Source of the DNA: Acutalibacteraceae bacterium
GTDB taxonomy: Bacteria > Bacillota > Clostridia > Oscillospirales > Acutalibacteraceae
Length of the DNA stretch: 64,000 bases
Reading direction: 5' to 3'
Assembly (NCBI GenBank): GCA_045651765.1
Contig: JAZRSY010000008.1
Coordinates: forward strand, 35,388 to 99,387
The notes beneath the pieces are model-generated. The model saw nothing but the letters and a program-made list of their open reading frames with translations, ran no database searches and was not told where the DNA came from. Both the position numbers and the translations under genes were made by a program. Positions 1 through 9,917 of the stretch are shown here, in pieces (within the stretch, counting starts at the first letter, position 1; the number at the start of each line of letters is the position of its first letter).

Positions 1-1475
1 TTGTCTGATAATTCTTTAAGTTCGGCAATAGAGCCAATGGAATGCAGGTGGCCGCACTCACACTGCCAAATATTAAGCGGTGTGCCCCAATATCTGTTAC
101 GTGAAATTCCCCAATCCTGAACATTTTCAAGCCAGTCGCCAAAACGACCCTTACCAATGCTTTCGGGTATCCAGTTAACTGTGTTGTTGTTTTTTATAAG
201 GTCTTCGCGCACGGCGGTCATTTTAATGAACCAAGATTCCCTTGCATAGTAAATAAGCGGGGTGTCGCAACGCCAGCAGAATGGGTAATCGTGCTCGAAC
301 TTAGGCGCATCAAAAAGCAGGCCTTGTTTGTCAAGGTCGGTTAACACCAATGGGTCAGCATCTTTAACAAATTTACCGGCATATGGGGTTTCTTCGGTCA
401 TTTCGCCCTTGCCGTTAACAAACTGAACAAAGGGCAAATCATATTTACGGCCAACCTTGGCATCGTCTTCACCAAAAGCGGGCGCAATATGAACTATACC
501 GGTACCGTCCGACATAGTTACATAGTTATCACAGGTAATATAGTGTGCTTTTTTGTTTTGGCTTTGGCACTTTGTGGCGGTGCATTCCCAAAGGGGCTCA
601 TATTCTTTATATTCTAACTTTGCACCTTCAAATTTTTCTAAAACGGTGTAGGCAGGTGTTTCCTCGGAGCCTAATTTGCCCAAAACTTTTTCGAGCAAAG
701 CCTCGGCCATATAATATGTATTGCCATCGGCCGCTAAAACCTTGCAGTAAATGTCGGTGGGGTTAACGCAAAGTGCAACGTTAGAAGGCAGTGTCCAAGG
801 GGTAGTGGTCCAGGCCAAGAAAAAGGCGTTTTCACCCTTTACTTTAAAGCGAACAACTGCACTGCGTTCCTTAACGTTTTTATAACCTTGTGCTACCTCG
901 TGGCTGGAAAGCGGTGTTCCGCAACGTGGGCAATATGGCACAATTTTAAATCCCTTGTAAAGTAAATCTTTTTGGAAAATTTGTTTTAAGGCCCACCATT
1001 CTGATTCTATAAAGTCGTTATGATAGGTAACATAAGGGTCGTCCATATCGGCCCAAAAGCCAACCGTGCGAGAAAAATCCTCCCACATTCCCTTATATTT
1101 CCAAACGCTTTCTTTACAGTGGTCTATAAACGGTTCAAGGCCATATTTTTCGATTTGCTCTTTGCCATCAATTCCCAAAAGTTTTTCAACCTCTAACTCT
1201 ACGGGCAGACCGTGGGTATCCCAACCGGCCTTGCGAGGAACCATTGCACCCTTCATGGTGCGGTAACGAGGAATCATATCTTTAATAACGCGCGTTAAAA
1301 CATGGCCAATGTGTGGCTTGCCGTTTGCGGTTGGTGGGCCATCATAAAACACATAAGGCTCCCCACCCTTGCGCGATTCTATGCTTTTTTCAAAGATTTT
1401 TTCGTCCACCCAAAATTTTTCTATTTGTTTTTCTTCGTTCACAAAATTTACATTGGGCGAAATACTTTTATACAT
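1..1475 (-). CDS. ileS: Isoleucyl-tRNA synthetase, N-terminal part (gene continues past the left edge)
   Basis: Absent from the ORF track because it is truncated. Reverse-strand translation from the ATG at 1473-1475 gives MYKSISPNVNFVNEEKQIEKFWVDEKIFEKSIESRKGGEPYVFYDGPPTANGKPHIGHVLTRV (class I HIGH motif in an IleRS-like context). The frame stays open to base 1 (...GTPLNIWQCECGHLHSIGSIAELKELSD). GGAGG RBS at 1483-1487. Confidence 0.85.
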   Translation of the reverse strand, partial: MYKSISPNVNFVNEEKQIEKFWVDEKIFEKSIESRKGGEPYVFYDGPPTANGKPHIGHVLTRVIKDMIPRYRTMKGAMVPRKAGWDTHGLPVELEVEKLLGIDGKEQIEKYGLEPFIDHCKESVWKYKGMWEDFSRTVGFWADMDDPYVTYHNDFIESEWWALKQIFQKDLLYKGFKIVPYCPRCGTPLSSHEVAQGYKNVKERSAVVRFKVKGENAFFLAWTTTPWTLPSNVALCVNPTDIYCKVLAADGNTYYMAEALLEKVLGKLGSEETPAYTVLEKFEGAKLEYKEYEPLWECTATKCQSQNKKAHYITCDNYVTMSDGTGIVHIAPAFGEDDAKVGRKYDLPFVQFVNGKGEMTEETPYAGKFVKDADPLVLTDLDKQGLLFDAPKFEHDYPFCWRCDTPLIYYARESWFIKMTAVREDLIKNNNTVNWIPESIGKGRFGDWLENVQDWGISRNRYWGTPLNIWQCECGHLHSIGSIAELKELSD

Positions 1476-1549
1476 TATACATCCTCCTAAAATCAGAGTA
1501 TTATTCATCACTATAAAATAGTATCACAAATACATAATAAATGCAACGA

Positions 1550-1579
1550 TGAATTTTTATATTAAATAAAGGCAAAATA
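1550..1579 (+). promoter_or_regulatory. Possible forespore sigma-G/F-type promoter of sleB (TGAATT-N17-CAAAATA)
   Basis: TGAATT at 1550-1555, a 17-nt spacer, then CAAAATA at 1573-1579. This resembles the TGAATA-N17/18-CATACTA consensus. sleB is forespore-expressed in Bacillus. The leader would be very short. Confidence 0.3.
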
Positions 1580-1595
1580 TAACAAGGTGATTTTT

Positions 1596-2234
1596 ATGAA
1601 TAAATTTTTCAAAATTATAGCATCAGTTTTAATAGTAGCGCTAATTACCGCCCCTGCCGCCATTGCGGTTTCGATGTTCGGTTCGCGCGGCGACGAGGTT
1701 ACCGCTATTCAGCGTGAACTTTCAGAACGCGGATATTACAGCGCCGGCATAGACGGCATTTTTGGCACCGCCACCAAAAACGCCGTTATTAATTTTCAAA
1801 AAGATAACGCCCTTACGCCCGACGGTATTGCCGGACCTAACACGCTTTCTGCCCTTGGCATCGACGGTGCCGACAGTTACACCTCGGCCGATTACCAACT
1901 CTTAGCCAGGCTTATTTCGGCCGAGGCACGTGGCGAAAGTTATATGGGCCAGGTGGCTGTTGGTGCGGTGGTTTTAAACCGTATATCACACCCATCCTTC
2001 CCCGATACTTTAGCCGGGGTAATCTACCAAAAGGGTGCATTTTCTTGTATTTCCGACGGTCAGTTTGACGAACCCATAAGCGACAGCGCCTATTCCGCCG
2101 CGCGAGATGCTTTGAACGGTATGGACCCAAGCGACGGCGCTATATATTACTTTAACCCCAACACCGCCACAAATTCTTGGATATGGTCGCGCCCACATAT
2201 TGTTACCATTGGCAACCACCGATTTTGCGCCTAA
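1596..2234 (+). CDS. sleB: Spore cortex-lytic enzyme SleB (signal peptide, PG-binding domain, SleB-type hydrolase domain)
   Basis: ORF 1587..2234; the ATG at 1596 is preferred over the GTG at 1587. N-terminal signal/TM segment. The PG_binding_1-like repeat reads GDEVTAIQRELSERGYYSAGIDGIFGTATKNAVINFQKDNALTPDGIAGPNT. The C-terminal cortex-hydrolase signature reads LLARLISAEARGESYMGQVAVGAVVLNRISHPSFPDTLAGVIYQKGAFS. Confidence 0.9.
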   Translation: MNKFFKIIASVLIVALITAPAAIAVSMFGSRGDEVTAIQRELSERGYYSAGIDGIFGTATKNAVINFQKDNALTPDGIAGPNTLSALGIDGADSYTSADYQLLARLISAEARGESYMGQVAVGAVVLNRISHPSFPDTLAGVIYQKGAFSCISDGQFDEPISDSAYSAARDALNGMDPSDGAIYYFNPNTATNSWIWSRPHIVTIGNHRFCA

Positions 2235-2278
2235 AAATAAAAGGTCAAATAAAGTCAAAAAATATTTTCAAAAACCCC

Positions 2279-2306
2279 TTGACATATTGAAAAATATGGT
2301 TATAAT
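2279..2306 (+). promoter_or_regulatory. Sigma-A promoter of the hrcA operon (TTGACA-N16-TATAAT)
   Basis: TTGACA at 2279-2284 and TATAAT at 2301-2306, immediately upstream of the CIRCE operator. Confidence 0.7.
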
Positions 2307-2314
2307 GGTAAGTG

Positions 2315-2341
2315 TTAGCACTCGAGTGCTTAGAGTGCTAA
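2315..2341 (+). promoter_or_regulatory. CIRCE operator (HrcA binding site)
   Basis: Perfect match to the consensus TTAGCACTC-N9-GAGTGCTAA: TTAGCACTC gagtgctta GAGTGCTAA. It lies between the promoter and the hrcA start. Confidence 0.95.
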
Positions 2342-2363
2342 TTTTTTAAAAAGGGGTGTGTTT

Positions 2364-3404
2364 ATGGAGCTTAGCGAACGCAAAAAGGCTATACTTTCGG
2401 CCATTGTAGAAATGTATATACGCTCGGGTGAGCCTGTTGGTTCAAAACTTTTGTGCTCGCTTTTGCAAAATGCACCTTCAAGCGCAACCCTTCGCAACGA
2501 AATGAATGCCCTTTGCGATATGGGCTTTTTGGCCCAAACACACACGTCATCGGGGCGTGTTCCCACCTCTAACGCATACCGCCTTTACATTAATAACCTT
2601 ATGGCTAAAGGCTCGGTGTTGCCCGAAAACAAAGAGGTTATAGATTTACAAATCAACTCTTCTAACTGCGACCCCGAAGGCATTTCGGAACGCGCGGTAG
2701 AAACACTCTCTCACATTACGGGCCTGCCCGCATTTGCGCTTAAATTTTCTAACACAGGCGTAACGCTAAAGCGGGTTGAACTTTTTCCAATGGGTATGCA
2801 CTCGGCCATGCTAATTATAATAACATCCGACGGCCGCGCCTATTCACGCCTTTGCGGGTTAGATGCCGCCTTAACATCGGGCGTTATTTCAGAGTTTGAC
2901 AGCCTTGTTACCGGCAACATAAAAAACAAAAACATACACGATTTAACCCCCGCCGCCACCCAAAGTTTAATTGCGCGCTCGGGCTCTAACATACTTAGTT
3001 TTATGCCGCTTGTTACGGCACTTTTCCAGATTATAGAGGATATTAAAAATTCCCGCGTTAGTGTTAAAGGTTTTTCAAATTTATTCTCTATGGGGCTTGA
3101 CCCCGAAACCGCCGAAAAGGTGCGGAGCCTAATATCTAACCAAGAGGCCGTTATGAACATTATTTCTAACGCCGAAGGGCCGCTTAACATTGTTTTCGGT
3201 GATGACACAGGTTATAACGCTTTAAAATCGTACAGCATTATTCTTGCAAAATATTCATTAAACGGCCGGTTTTTAGGTTGTATTGGGGTAATAGGCCCTA
3301 AAAGAATGTCTTACGAACAAATAATACCAAGCGTTGAATACACAGCAAACAGAATAACCTGTTTGCTCGAAAACACTTTTAAAGATATGGAGGAACAAAT
3401 ATGA
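2364..3404 (+). CDS. hrcA: Heat-inducible transcription repressor HrcA
   Basis: ORF 2358..3404. The ATG at 2364 lies 8 nt after an AAAGGGG RBS. MELSERKKAILSAIVEMYIRSGEPVGSKLL is a typical HrcA winged-helix N-terminus. It is the first gene of hrcA-grpE-dnaK-dnaJ, behind CIRCE. Confidence 0.93.
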   Translation: MELSERKKAILSAIVEMYIRSGEPVGSKLLCSLLQNAPSSATLRNEMNALCDMGFLAQTHTSSGRVPTSNAYRLYINNLMAKGSVLPENKEVIDLQINSSNCDPEGISERAVETLSHITGLPAFALKFSNTGVTLKRVELFPMGMHSAMLIIITSDGRAYSRLCGLDAALTSGVISEFDSLVTGNIKNKNIHDLTPAATQSLIARSGSNILSFMPLVTALFQIIEDIKNSRVSVKGFSNLFSMGLDPETAEKVRSLISNQEAVMNIISNAEGPLNIVFGDDTGYNALKSYSIILAKYSLNGRFLGCIGVIGPKRMSYEQIIPSVEYTANRITCLLENTFKDMEEQI

Positions 3405-3913
3405 GCGAACAGGCAAAAACCGAAACGGCCGAGAACATAAAACCGGAAAAAACCGTTAAAAAAAGCAAAAAAGCCGAAGAAATTGAGGCTTTAAAAGAAA
3501 AATTAGCCGCCGAACACGATTTACTGCTTAGAACAGCAGCCGAGTTCGACAATTACAAAAAAAGAACCGAGCGCGAAAGCGCCGCCACGGTTGAATACAC
3601 CAAGGCAACCGTTCTTAAAAAACTTTTACCCATTATTGACAACATTGACCGTGCCAAAGAGGCCGAATCTGGCAGCCCCGATTATATTAAGGGAATTGAA
3701 ATTATTATTAAACAATTATCTACCCTTTCAGAAACCTTAGGGCTCACCCCATTGGCCGCCGCAGGCGACGAATTTAACCCCAACATTCACGATGCTGTAA
3801 TGCATATTGAAGACGCCGACTTAGGCGAGAATGTTGTTGCCGAGGTTTTACAGCAAGGCTATAAAATAGGCGACACTGTAGTGCGCGCAGCAATGGTCAA
3901 GGTTGCAAATTAA
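3401..3913 (+). CDS. grpE: Nucleotide exchange factor GrpE
   Basis: 170 aa with a charged coiled-coil N-terminus. GrpE motifs LLRTAAEFDNYKKRTERE and FNPNIHDAVMH. 4-nt overlap with hrcA. Confidence 0.93.
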   Translation: MSEQAKTETAENIKPEKTVKKSKKAEEIEALKEKLAAEHDLLLRTAAEFDNYKKRTERESAATVEYTKATVLKKLLPIIDNIDRAKEAESGSPDYIKGIEIIIKQLSTLSETLGLTPLAAAGDEFNPNIHDAVMHIEDADLGENVVAEVLQQGYKIGDTVVRAAMVKVAN

Positions 3914-3953
3914 CATAAAAATAATAAAACATATATAAAAGGAGTAATTTATT

Positions 3954-5783
3954 ATGGGAAAAATTATAGGTATTGATTTAGGTACAACTAACTCTTGCGT
4001 TGCCGTTATGGAAGGCGGCGAAGCCGTTGTTATTGCTAATGCCGAGGGCGGCAGAACCACCCCCAGCGTTGTGGCTTTTTCAAAAACAGGCGAACGTATG
4101 GTAGGTCAGGTTGCAAAACGCCAGGCCATCACCAACCCCGACAGAACCATTAGTTCTATCAAGCGCGAAATGGGTACAAACCACACCGTAGCAATCGACG
4201 ACAAAAAGTATACCCCACAAGAAATTTCGGCCATTATTTTGCAAAAATTAAAGGCCGATGCCGAAGCATATTTGGGCACCACCGTGTCAGAGGCTGTTAT
4301 TACAGTTCCTGCCTATTTCACCGACGCACAGCGCCAAGCCACTAAAGATGCCGGCAAGATTGCAGGCTTAGAGGTTAAAAGAATTATTAACGAACCCACT
4401 GCCGCTGCTTTAGCCTACGGTATAGACAAAGATTCCGACCAAAAGGTTATGGTTTATGACCTTGGCGGCGGTACATTCGATGTTTCGATTATCGAAATGG
4501 GCGATGGCGTTCAAGAAGTTTTAGCCACTGCAGGTAACAACCGCTTGGGCGGCGACGACTTTGACAAACGCGTTATGGACTATATTGTTGCCGGTTTTAA
4601 GGCCGAAAGCGGCATAGACTTATCGGGTGATAAAATGGCAATGCAACGTGTTAAAGAGGCTGCCGAAAAGGCTAAAATCGACCTTTCGGGTATGACCCAA
4701 GCCGACATTAATTTACCATTTATTACAGCCGATGCCAATGGTCCAAAACACTTTGAAACCACCATTACCCGCGCTAAATTTAACGAACTTACTGCCGATT
4801 TGGTTGAGGCCACAATGGCGCCTGTTCGCCAAGCCTTAGCCGATTCGGGCCTAAACAAAAACGAAATTAACAAGGTGCTTATGGTTGGCGGTTCTTCCAG
4901 AATCCCTGCCGTGCAAGAGGCCGTTAAAAACTTTATTGGAGCCGAGCCTTTCAAGGGAATTAACCCCGACGAATGTGTTGCCGTTGGTGCAGCACTTCAA
5001 GGCGGTGTTTTAGGCGGCGATGTTAAAGGCCTATTGTTGCTTGATGTTACACCGCTTTCTTTAGGTATCGAAACAATGGGCGGCGTTTCCACAAAGGTTA
5101 TTGAAAGAAACACCACCATTCCCGCTAAGAAAAGTCAAATCTTCTCAACCGCAGCCGACGGTCAAACATCGGTTGAGGTACACGTGCTTCAGGGTGAACG
5201 CGAATTTGCCAAAGACAACAAAACCCTTGGTGTGTTCCACCTGGACGGCATTGCCCCTGCTCCACGCGGAATCCCTCAAATTGAAGTTACTTTTGATATC
5301 GACGCTAACGGTATTGTTCATGTTTCGGCTAAAGATTTAGGCACAGGTAAAGAAAACGACATTACCATCACCGCAAGCACAAATATGTCTAAAGACGATA
5401 TCGACAAGGCCGTTAAAGAGGCCGAGCAATATGCCGCCGAAGATAAAAAACGCCGTGAAGATATTGATTTAAGAAACGGTGCCGATCAAATGATTTACCA
5501 GACCGAAAAAACCATTACCGAACTTGGCGACAAAATTACCGAGGAAGAAAAATCTAAAATCGAATCGGCCAAAGAAGCCTTAAAAGAGGCATTAAAGGGC
5601 GACAATTCCGACGATATTAAGGCTAAGCAAGAGGCTCTTCAAAAAGAAATTTTTGCCATAAGCGAAAAACTTTATAAAGCAAGTGCCGAGGCTCAAGCCG
5701 CTGCAGGCGGTGCCGAAAACGCTGCACCCGACAATAATGTTTACGATGCCGATTTTACCGACGTTGACGAAAACAATAAATAA
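3954..5783 (+). CDS. dnaK: Molecular chaperone DnaK (Hsp70)
   Basis: 609 aa. [23 protein letters not shown] and [17 protein letters not shown] are unmistakable Hsp70 signatures. AAGGAG RBS. Confidence 0.98.
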   Translation: MGKIIGIDLGTTNSCVAVMEGGEAVVIANAEGGRTTPSVVAFSKTGERMVGQVAKRQAITNPDRTISSIKREMGTNHTVAIDDKKYTPQEISAIILQKLKADAEAYLGTTVSEAVITVPAYFTDAQRQATKDAGKIAGLEVKRIINEPTAAALAYGIDKDSDQKVMVYDLGGGTFDVSIIEMGDGVQEVLATAGNNRLGGDDFDKRVMDYIVAGFKAESGIDLSGDKMAMQRVKEAAEKAKIDLSGMTQADINLPFITADANGPKHFETTITRAKFNELTADLVEATMAPVRQALADSGLNKNEINKVLMVGGSSRIPAVQEAVKNFIGAEPFKGINPDECVAVGAALQGGVLGGDVKGLLLLDVTPLSLGIETMGGVSTKVIERNTTIPAKKSQIFSTAADGQTSVEVHVLQGEREFAKDNKTLGVFHLDGIAPAPRGIPQIEVTFDIDANGIVHVSAKDLGTGKENDITITASTNMSKDDIDKAVKEAEQYAAEDKKRREDIDLRNGADQMIYQTEKTITELGDKITEEEKSKIESAKEALKEALKGDNSDDIKAKQEALQKEIFAISEKLYKASAEAQAAAGGAENAAPDNNVYDADFTDVDENNK

Positions 5784-5794
5784 TAACCAAATTA

Positions 5795-5819
5795 ATAGGG
5801 CGGGTTAAACCGCCCTATA
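5795..5819 (+). terminator. Stem-loop between dnaK and dnaJ (possible attenuator or processing site)
   Basis: ATAGGGCGG-gttaaa-CCGCCCTAT, a 9-bp GC-rich stem. No clean U-tract follows, so it is probably partial termination or mRNA stabilisation rather than a full stop. Confidence 0.4.
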
Positions 5820-5843
5820 CCCTATTACATAGGAGAGTTTTTT

Positions 5844-7010
5844 GTGGCAGATAAAAGAGATTTTTACGAAGTGCTGGGCGTAGATAAATCGGCCAGTGAT
5901 GATGAACTTAAAAAAGCATATCGAAAAGCCGCCAAAAAATACCACCCCGATTTAAACCCCGGCAACACCGAGGCCGAAAAGAGTTTTAAAGAGGTTAACG
6001 AAGCATACGAGGTGCTGTCCGACAAGGAAAAACGCGCCCGTTACGACCAATTTGGCCACGCCGGCGTAGACCCTAACTTTGGTGCCGGCGGCGGTAACCC
6101 ATACGGCAGCGGTTTTGGTGGATTCGGCGGATTCGAAGGCTTCGATGGTTTTGGCGATTTAGGCGATATTTTCGGCAGTATATTTGGTGGCGGTAACAAT
6201 GCACGCCGTAATCCAAATGCACCTCGCCGTGGCGCCGACACAGCCGCTAATGTTATACTATCGTTTGAAGAAGCCGCCAAGGGTTGCACAAAAAGTGTTA
6301 AGGTTACACGCATAGAAACCTGCGACGAATGTTCGGGCAGCGGCGCTAAAAAAGGCTCCAGCCCAAAAACCTGTTCTGCCTGCCGTGGCAGCGGTTTTGT
6401 AACAACCATGCAACGCACCCCCTTTGGCACTATTCAAAACAGGCAACCTTGTGAACACTGCCGTGGTACCGGCAAAATTATAGATGACCCATGCAACAAA
6501 TGTAACGGCAAGGGCCGTGTTCGCACAACCCAAACACGCGAAGTTAATATTCCCGCCGGTATAGACGACAGTCAAATTATAAGTGTGCGTGGCGGTGGCG
6601 ATGCCGGTGTTAACGGCGGACCATCGGGCGACCTTAGAATTAATGTTACGGTGCGCCCCCACCCCATTTTTGAAAGGGACGGGTTCGATATTTATTGCGA
6701 GGTGCCAATAACCTTTACTCAGGCCGCTTTGGGTGCCGAAATTATTGTTCCCACCATTGACGGCAAGGTTAAATTTAACATTCACGAAGGCACCCAACCC
6801 GGCGAAGAATTTCGCCTAAAGGGCAAGGGCGTGCAAAGGCTTAATTACTCGGGCCGTGGCGACCAATTTGTTAAAATTACGGTCGAGGTTCCTAAGAATC
6901 TTACCAAAGAACAAAAAGAAAAATTGCAAGAGTTTGAAAAACTTTCGCAAGACAAAAACTATAAAAAACGCCGCACCTTTGCCGATAAATTAAAAGATAT
7001 TTTCGATTAA
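5844..7010 (+). CDS. dnaJ: Co-chaperone DnaJ (Hsp40)
   Basis: GTG start after a GGAGAG RBS. J-domain with [11 protein letters not shown] (HPD), a G/F-rich linker, and four CxxCxGxG zinc motifs ([32 protein letters not shown]). Confidence 0.97.
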   Translation: MADKRDFYEVLGVDKSASDDELKKAYRKAAKKYHPDLNPGNTEAEKSFKEVNEAYEVLSDKEKRARYDQFGHAGVDPNFGAGGGNPYGSGFGGFGGFEGFDGFGDLGDIFGSIFGGGNNARRNPNAPRRGADTAANVILSFEEAAKGCTKSVKVTRIETCDECSGSGAKKGSSPKTCSACRGSGFVTTMQRTPFGTIQNRQPCEHCRGTGKIIDDPCNKCNGKGRVRTTQTREVNIPAGIDDSQIISVRGGGDAGVNGGPSGDLRINVTVRPHPIFERDGFDIYCEVPITFTQAALGAEIIVPTIDGKVKFNIHEGTQPGEEFRLKGKGVQRLNYSGRGDQFVKITVEVPKNLTKEQKEKLQEFEKLSQDKNYKKRRTFADKLKDIFD

Positions 7011-7011
7011 A

Positions 7012-7047
7012 AAAAGGCTTACATTGTAAAATGTAAGCCTTTTGTTT
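7012..7047. terminator. Bidirectional intrinsic terminator (dnaJ on plus, nrdG on minus)
   Basis: AAAAAGGCTTACAT-tgtaaa-ATGTAAGCCTTTTGTTTT. The stem is flanked by an A-run and a T-run, and it sits between two convergent genes. Confidence 0.85.
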
Positions 7048-7574
7048 TATATAAGTTCTTCAACCAAAACAACCTTGTTTTGTTTAAGCGATTCTTTAAC
7101 ATTTATTATACGCTGGTTAGAAGAGCCCCTGAATTTTAACGAAATATCCTTTAATTCCTCCACAAACCTGCCATCTACTAAAATGTCTATTAATTCTAAC
7201 AGTTCCAGCGTGTATTGGCCGTTCGCACGGCTTTGGCCTAACAATTCGCTATCGAACAAAAAGCCGGTGTAACACCAAATATTTTTATTTGGGTAAACAC
7301 TTTTAACCCGTTTTAAAAGGTTTATTAAAGCAGGTTGGTTTTCGGGCTCGAACGGCTCGCCGCCTAGTAACGAAAGGCCCGAAATATAGTCAGGTTCCAT
7401 GGCCTTTATAATATAATCCTCGGTTTCGGTTGTGAAGGGTGTGCCATAATTAAAACTCCAGGTTTGGCTGTTAAAGCAATTTTTACAACAGTGCCTGCAA
7501 CCCGAAACAAAAAGCGAAACCCTAACACCCAAACCGTTGGCAATATCGTTCTTTTTAATTTCACCATAGTTCAT
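7047..7574 (-). CDS. nrdG: Anaerobic ribonucleoside-triphosphate reductase activating protein (radical SAM)
   Basis: 175 aa. CRHCCKNC is a CX3CX2C radical-SAM cluster motif, preceded by the NrdG-typical N-terminus IANGLGVRVSLFVSGC. It lies directly downstream of nrdD. Confidence 0.93.
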   Translation of the reverse strand: MNYGEIKKNDIANGLGVRVSLFVSGCRHCCKNCFNSQTWSFNYGTPFTTETEDYIIKAMEPDYISGLSLLGGEPFEPENQPALINLLKRVKSVYPNKNIWCYTGFLFDSELLGQSRANGQYTLELLELIDILVDGRFVEELKDISLKFRGSSNQRIINVKESLKQNKVVLVEELI

Positions 7575-7592
7575 ATTTTCACCTTAAAGTAA

Positions 7593-7618
7593 AAATCCGA
7601 GCCTTGCGGCTCGGATTT
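7593..7618 (-). terminator. Intra-operon terminator-like hairpin between nrdD and nrdG
   Basis: AAATCCGAGCC-ttgc-GGCTCGGATTT, an 11-bp stem. On the minus strand it is followed by TTTTAC, 5 nt after the nrdD stop and about 20 nt before the nrdG start. Confidence 0.55.
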
Positions 7619-7622
7619 AATT

Positions 7623-9800
7623 TTATAAATGAAGCACGCGTTCTTTAATTTCTTGTGTTCGACCTTGGTTCCAATATTGTGTGCCTATATAACCGCAGGT
7701 GCGCCTTGCAACATTCATTTTTGCTTGGTCGGTATTGCCGCATTTTGGGCAACGCCAAATAAGCTTGCCGTGGTCATCTTTAATAACCTCAATTTCGCCA
7801 TCGAATCCACATTCTTGGCAATAATCGCTCTTTGTGTTTAGTTCGGCATACATAATATTTTCGTAAATATACTGCATAACCGACAACACGGCATCCAGGT
7901 TGTCCTGCATATTGGGAACCTCTACATAAGATATAGCGCCACCCGGCGACAATGCCTGGAATTTAGACTCTAATGCAAGTTTGTCAAAAGCATCTATTGG
8001 CTCGGTAACATGCACGTGGTAACTGTTGGTAATATAGTTTTTGTCGGTAACGCCCTCTACAACGCCAAACCTTGCCTGCAAGCATTTAGAGAATTTATAT
8101 GTTGTGCTTTCAAGCGGGGTGCCGTAAAGTGAATAATCTATGTTTTCGGCAGCCTTCCATTTAGCAGTATATTCGTTAAGTTTTTTCATAATTTCGAGAC
8201 CTAATTCTTCGCCTTCGGGCTCGGTTAATTTTTTGCCGTTAAGCGCATAAACACACTCCCACAAGCCTGCAAAGCCCAACGATATTGTTGAATAACCGCC
8301 GTGTAGCAGACCGTCAATAGTCTCGCCCTTTTTAAGCCTTGCCAAAGCGCCGTACTGCCAAAGAATTGGTGCGGCGTCGGACAATGTGCCGGTTAATCTT
8401 TCGTGGCGGCACTGTAATGCACGGTGGCATAATTCCATACGTTCGTCAAATATCTGCCAGAATTTGTCCATATCTTTATTAGCCGAAAGGCCAATATCAA
8501 CAAGGTTAACGGTTACAACCCCTTGGTTAAAACGGCCGTAATATTTAGCGTTGCCGTTTTCATCAACATAAGGCGTTAAGAAGCTGCGGCAGCCCATGCA
8601 GGTGTAGCAGTTGCCGTTGCCGTTTTTATCAATTTTGTTTTTAAGCATAATTTTTTCCGAAATATAATCGGGCACCATTCTTTTAGCGGTACATTTTGCT
8701 GCTAATTTGGTTAAATACCAAAAACGAGTTCCCTCTTTAATGTTATCTTCCTCTAAAACATAAATAAGTTTTGGGAAGGCAGGGGTTATCCAAACGCCCT
8801 CTTCGTTTTTAACACCGCGGTAGCGTTGTTTAAGGGTCTCTTCAATAATTAAGGCTAAATCGGCCTTTTCTTGCTCGGATTTTGCTTCGTTTAAATACAT
8901 AAACACAGTTACAAACGGGGCTTGACCGTTTGTTGTAAGCAATGTTACAACCTGGTATTGTATTGTTTGAACACCCTTGCTAACCTCTTCACGCAGGCGT
9001 TTTTCTACAATTTTATTAAGTTTTTCCTCGGAAATTTCTAAATCTACTGCGGCAAATTCTTCGGCAACCTGCTTTTGTAGTTTTTCACGGCTAATTTGCA
9101 CAAATGGTGCCAAATGTGTAAGGCTTATGCTTTGGCCGCCATATTGGTTAGAAGCAACCTGCGCAATAATTTGTGTGGCAATGTTGCAAGCGGTAGAAAA
9201 ACTGTGTGGTTTTTCAATGAATGTGCCGCTAATAACGGTGCCGTTTTGCAACATATCTTCTAAATTAACCAAATCGCAGTTGTGCATATGTTGTGCAAAG
9301 TAGTCGGCATCGTGGAAGTGAATGAGACCTTGCTCGTGGGCTTCTACAATGTCGCTTGGCAATAATATACGCTTGGTAATATCTTTACTAACCTCGCCGG
9401 CCATATAATCGCGCTGAACGCTGTTAACGGTTGGGTTTTTGTTGGAGTTTTCTTGCTTTACCTCTTCATTGTTGCACTCAATAAGCGATAAAATTTGCTC
9501 ATCGGTTGTGTTTGATTTACGAATTAATGCACGATTATAACGGTATTTAATATATTTTCTGGCAACCTTAAAGGCTTGCTTTTGCATAATGCCGTTTTCA
9601 ACCAAGTCTTGAATTTCTTCTACGCTCAGGGCTCTGTCCACTGCGCCGCAAGTGTTCTTCACGCTTTGGGCAATGTCGTTAATTTGGTCGGGCGTTAGCC
9701 TTTCGGCTTCATTAACGCTTTCATTAGCCTTGGTAATGGCCACAATTATTTTATTAATGTCAAAATTTTCTTCTGAGCCACTTCTTTTAATAATCTGCAT
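7623..9800 (-). CDS. nrdD: Anaerobic ribonucleoside-triphosphate reductase (class III RNR)
   Basis: ORF 7623..9815. The ATG at 9800 (MQIIKRSG...) is preferred because GGGGGAAG lies 7 nt upstream. N-terminal ATP-cone, C-terminal Zn site CQECG...CPKCG, and glycyl-radical motif RRTCGYIG. Confidence 0.96.
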   Translation of the reverse strand: MQIIKRSGSEENFDINKIIVAITKANESVNEAERLTPDQINDIAQSVKNTCGAVDRALSVEEIQDLVENGIMQKQAFKVARKYIKYRYNRALIRKSNTTDEQILSLIECNNEEVKQENSNKNPTVNSVQRDYMAGEVSKDITKRILLPSDIVEAHEQGLIHFHDADYFAQHMHNCDLVNLEDMLQNGTVISGTFIEKPHSFSTACNIATQIIAQVASNQYGGQSISLTHLAPFVQISREKLQKQVAEEFAAVDLEISEEKLNKIVEKRLREEVSKGVQTIQYQVVTLLTTNGQAPFVTVFMYLNEAKSEQEKADLALIIEETLKQRYRGVKNEEGVWITPAFPKLIYVLEEDNIKEGTRFWYLTKLAAKCTAKRMVPDYISEKIMLKNKIDKNGNGNCYTCMGCRSFLTPYVDENGNAKYYGRFNQGVVTVNLVDIGLSANKDMDKFWQIFDERMELCHRALQCRHERLTGTLSDAAPILWQYGALARLKKGETIDGLLHGGYSTISLGFAGLWECVYALNGKKLTEPEGEELGLEIMKKLNEYTAKWKAAENIDYSLYGTPLESTTYKFSKCLQARFGVVEGVTDKNYITNSYHVHVTEPIDAFDKLALESKFQALSPGGAISYVEVPNMQDNLDAVLSVMQYIYENIMYAELNTKSDYCQECGFDGEIEVIKDDHGKLIWRCPKCGNTDQAKMNVARRTCGYIGTQYWNQGRTQEIKERVLHL

Positions 9801-9814
9801 TTTTTCTTCCCCCA

Positions 9815-9862
9815 TAACTATATATTGTGTTTTACTATATTATCAAGCACAAATTATGCCAT
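9815..9862 (-). promoter_or_regulatory. Proximal pair of NrdR-box-like sites overlapping a candidate nrdD promoter
   Basis: Box 9815-9830 (taACTATATATTGTGT) matches 14 of 16 positions of the palindromic consensus acaCwAtATaTwGtgt. A weaker box lies at 9847-9862 (GCACAAATTATGCCAT, 9/16). The centres are 32 bp apart, the usual tandem-box spacing. On the minus strand TTGATA-N16-TATATA lies between and over the boxes. Confidence 0.5.
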
Positions 9863-9917
9863 TTTTAAGCGAGCAAATATATTATATCACATTTTTTTTG
9901 AATTTCAAGGGGGTAAA

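Noticed and set aside
545-1516. Four plus-strand ORFs of 62-73 aa (545..766, 1066..1266, 1302..1490, 1313..1516).
   Set aside because: They lie antisense inside the truncated ileS gene, whose minus-strand frame is open for 1475 nt and carries diagnostic IleRS motifs. The products are low-complexity and none has an RBS.
1476-1586. Possible T-box leader upstream of ileS.
   Set aside because: Only about 110 nt separate the ileS start from the divergent sleB start. That is too short for a T-box (about 200-300 nt), and I see no T-box sequence (AAnnnGGGTGGtAC-like) and no terminator/antiterminator pair.
6041-6797. Long minus-strand ORFs (129 and 179 aa) inside dnaJ.
   Set aside because: They are shadow ORFs antisense to an unmistakable DnaJ coding sequence. 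The Gly/Pro-rich translations simply mirror the G/F linker and zinc-finger codons.
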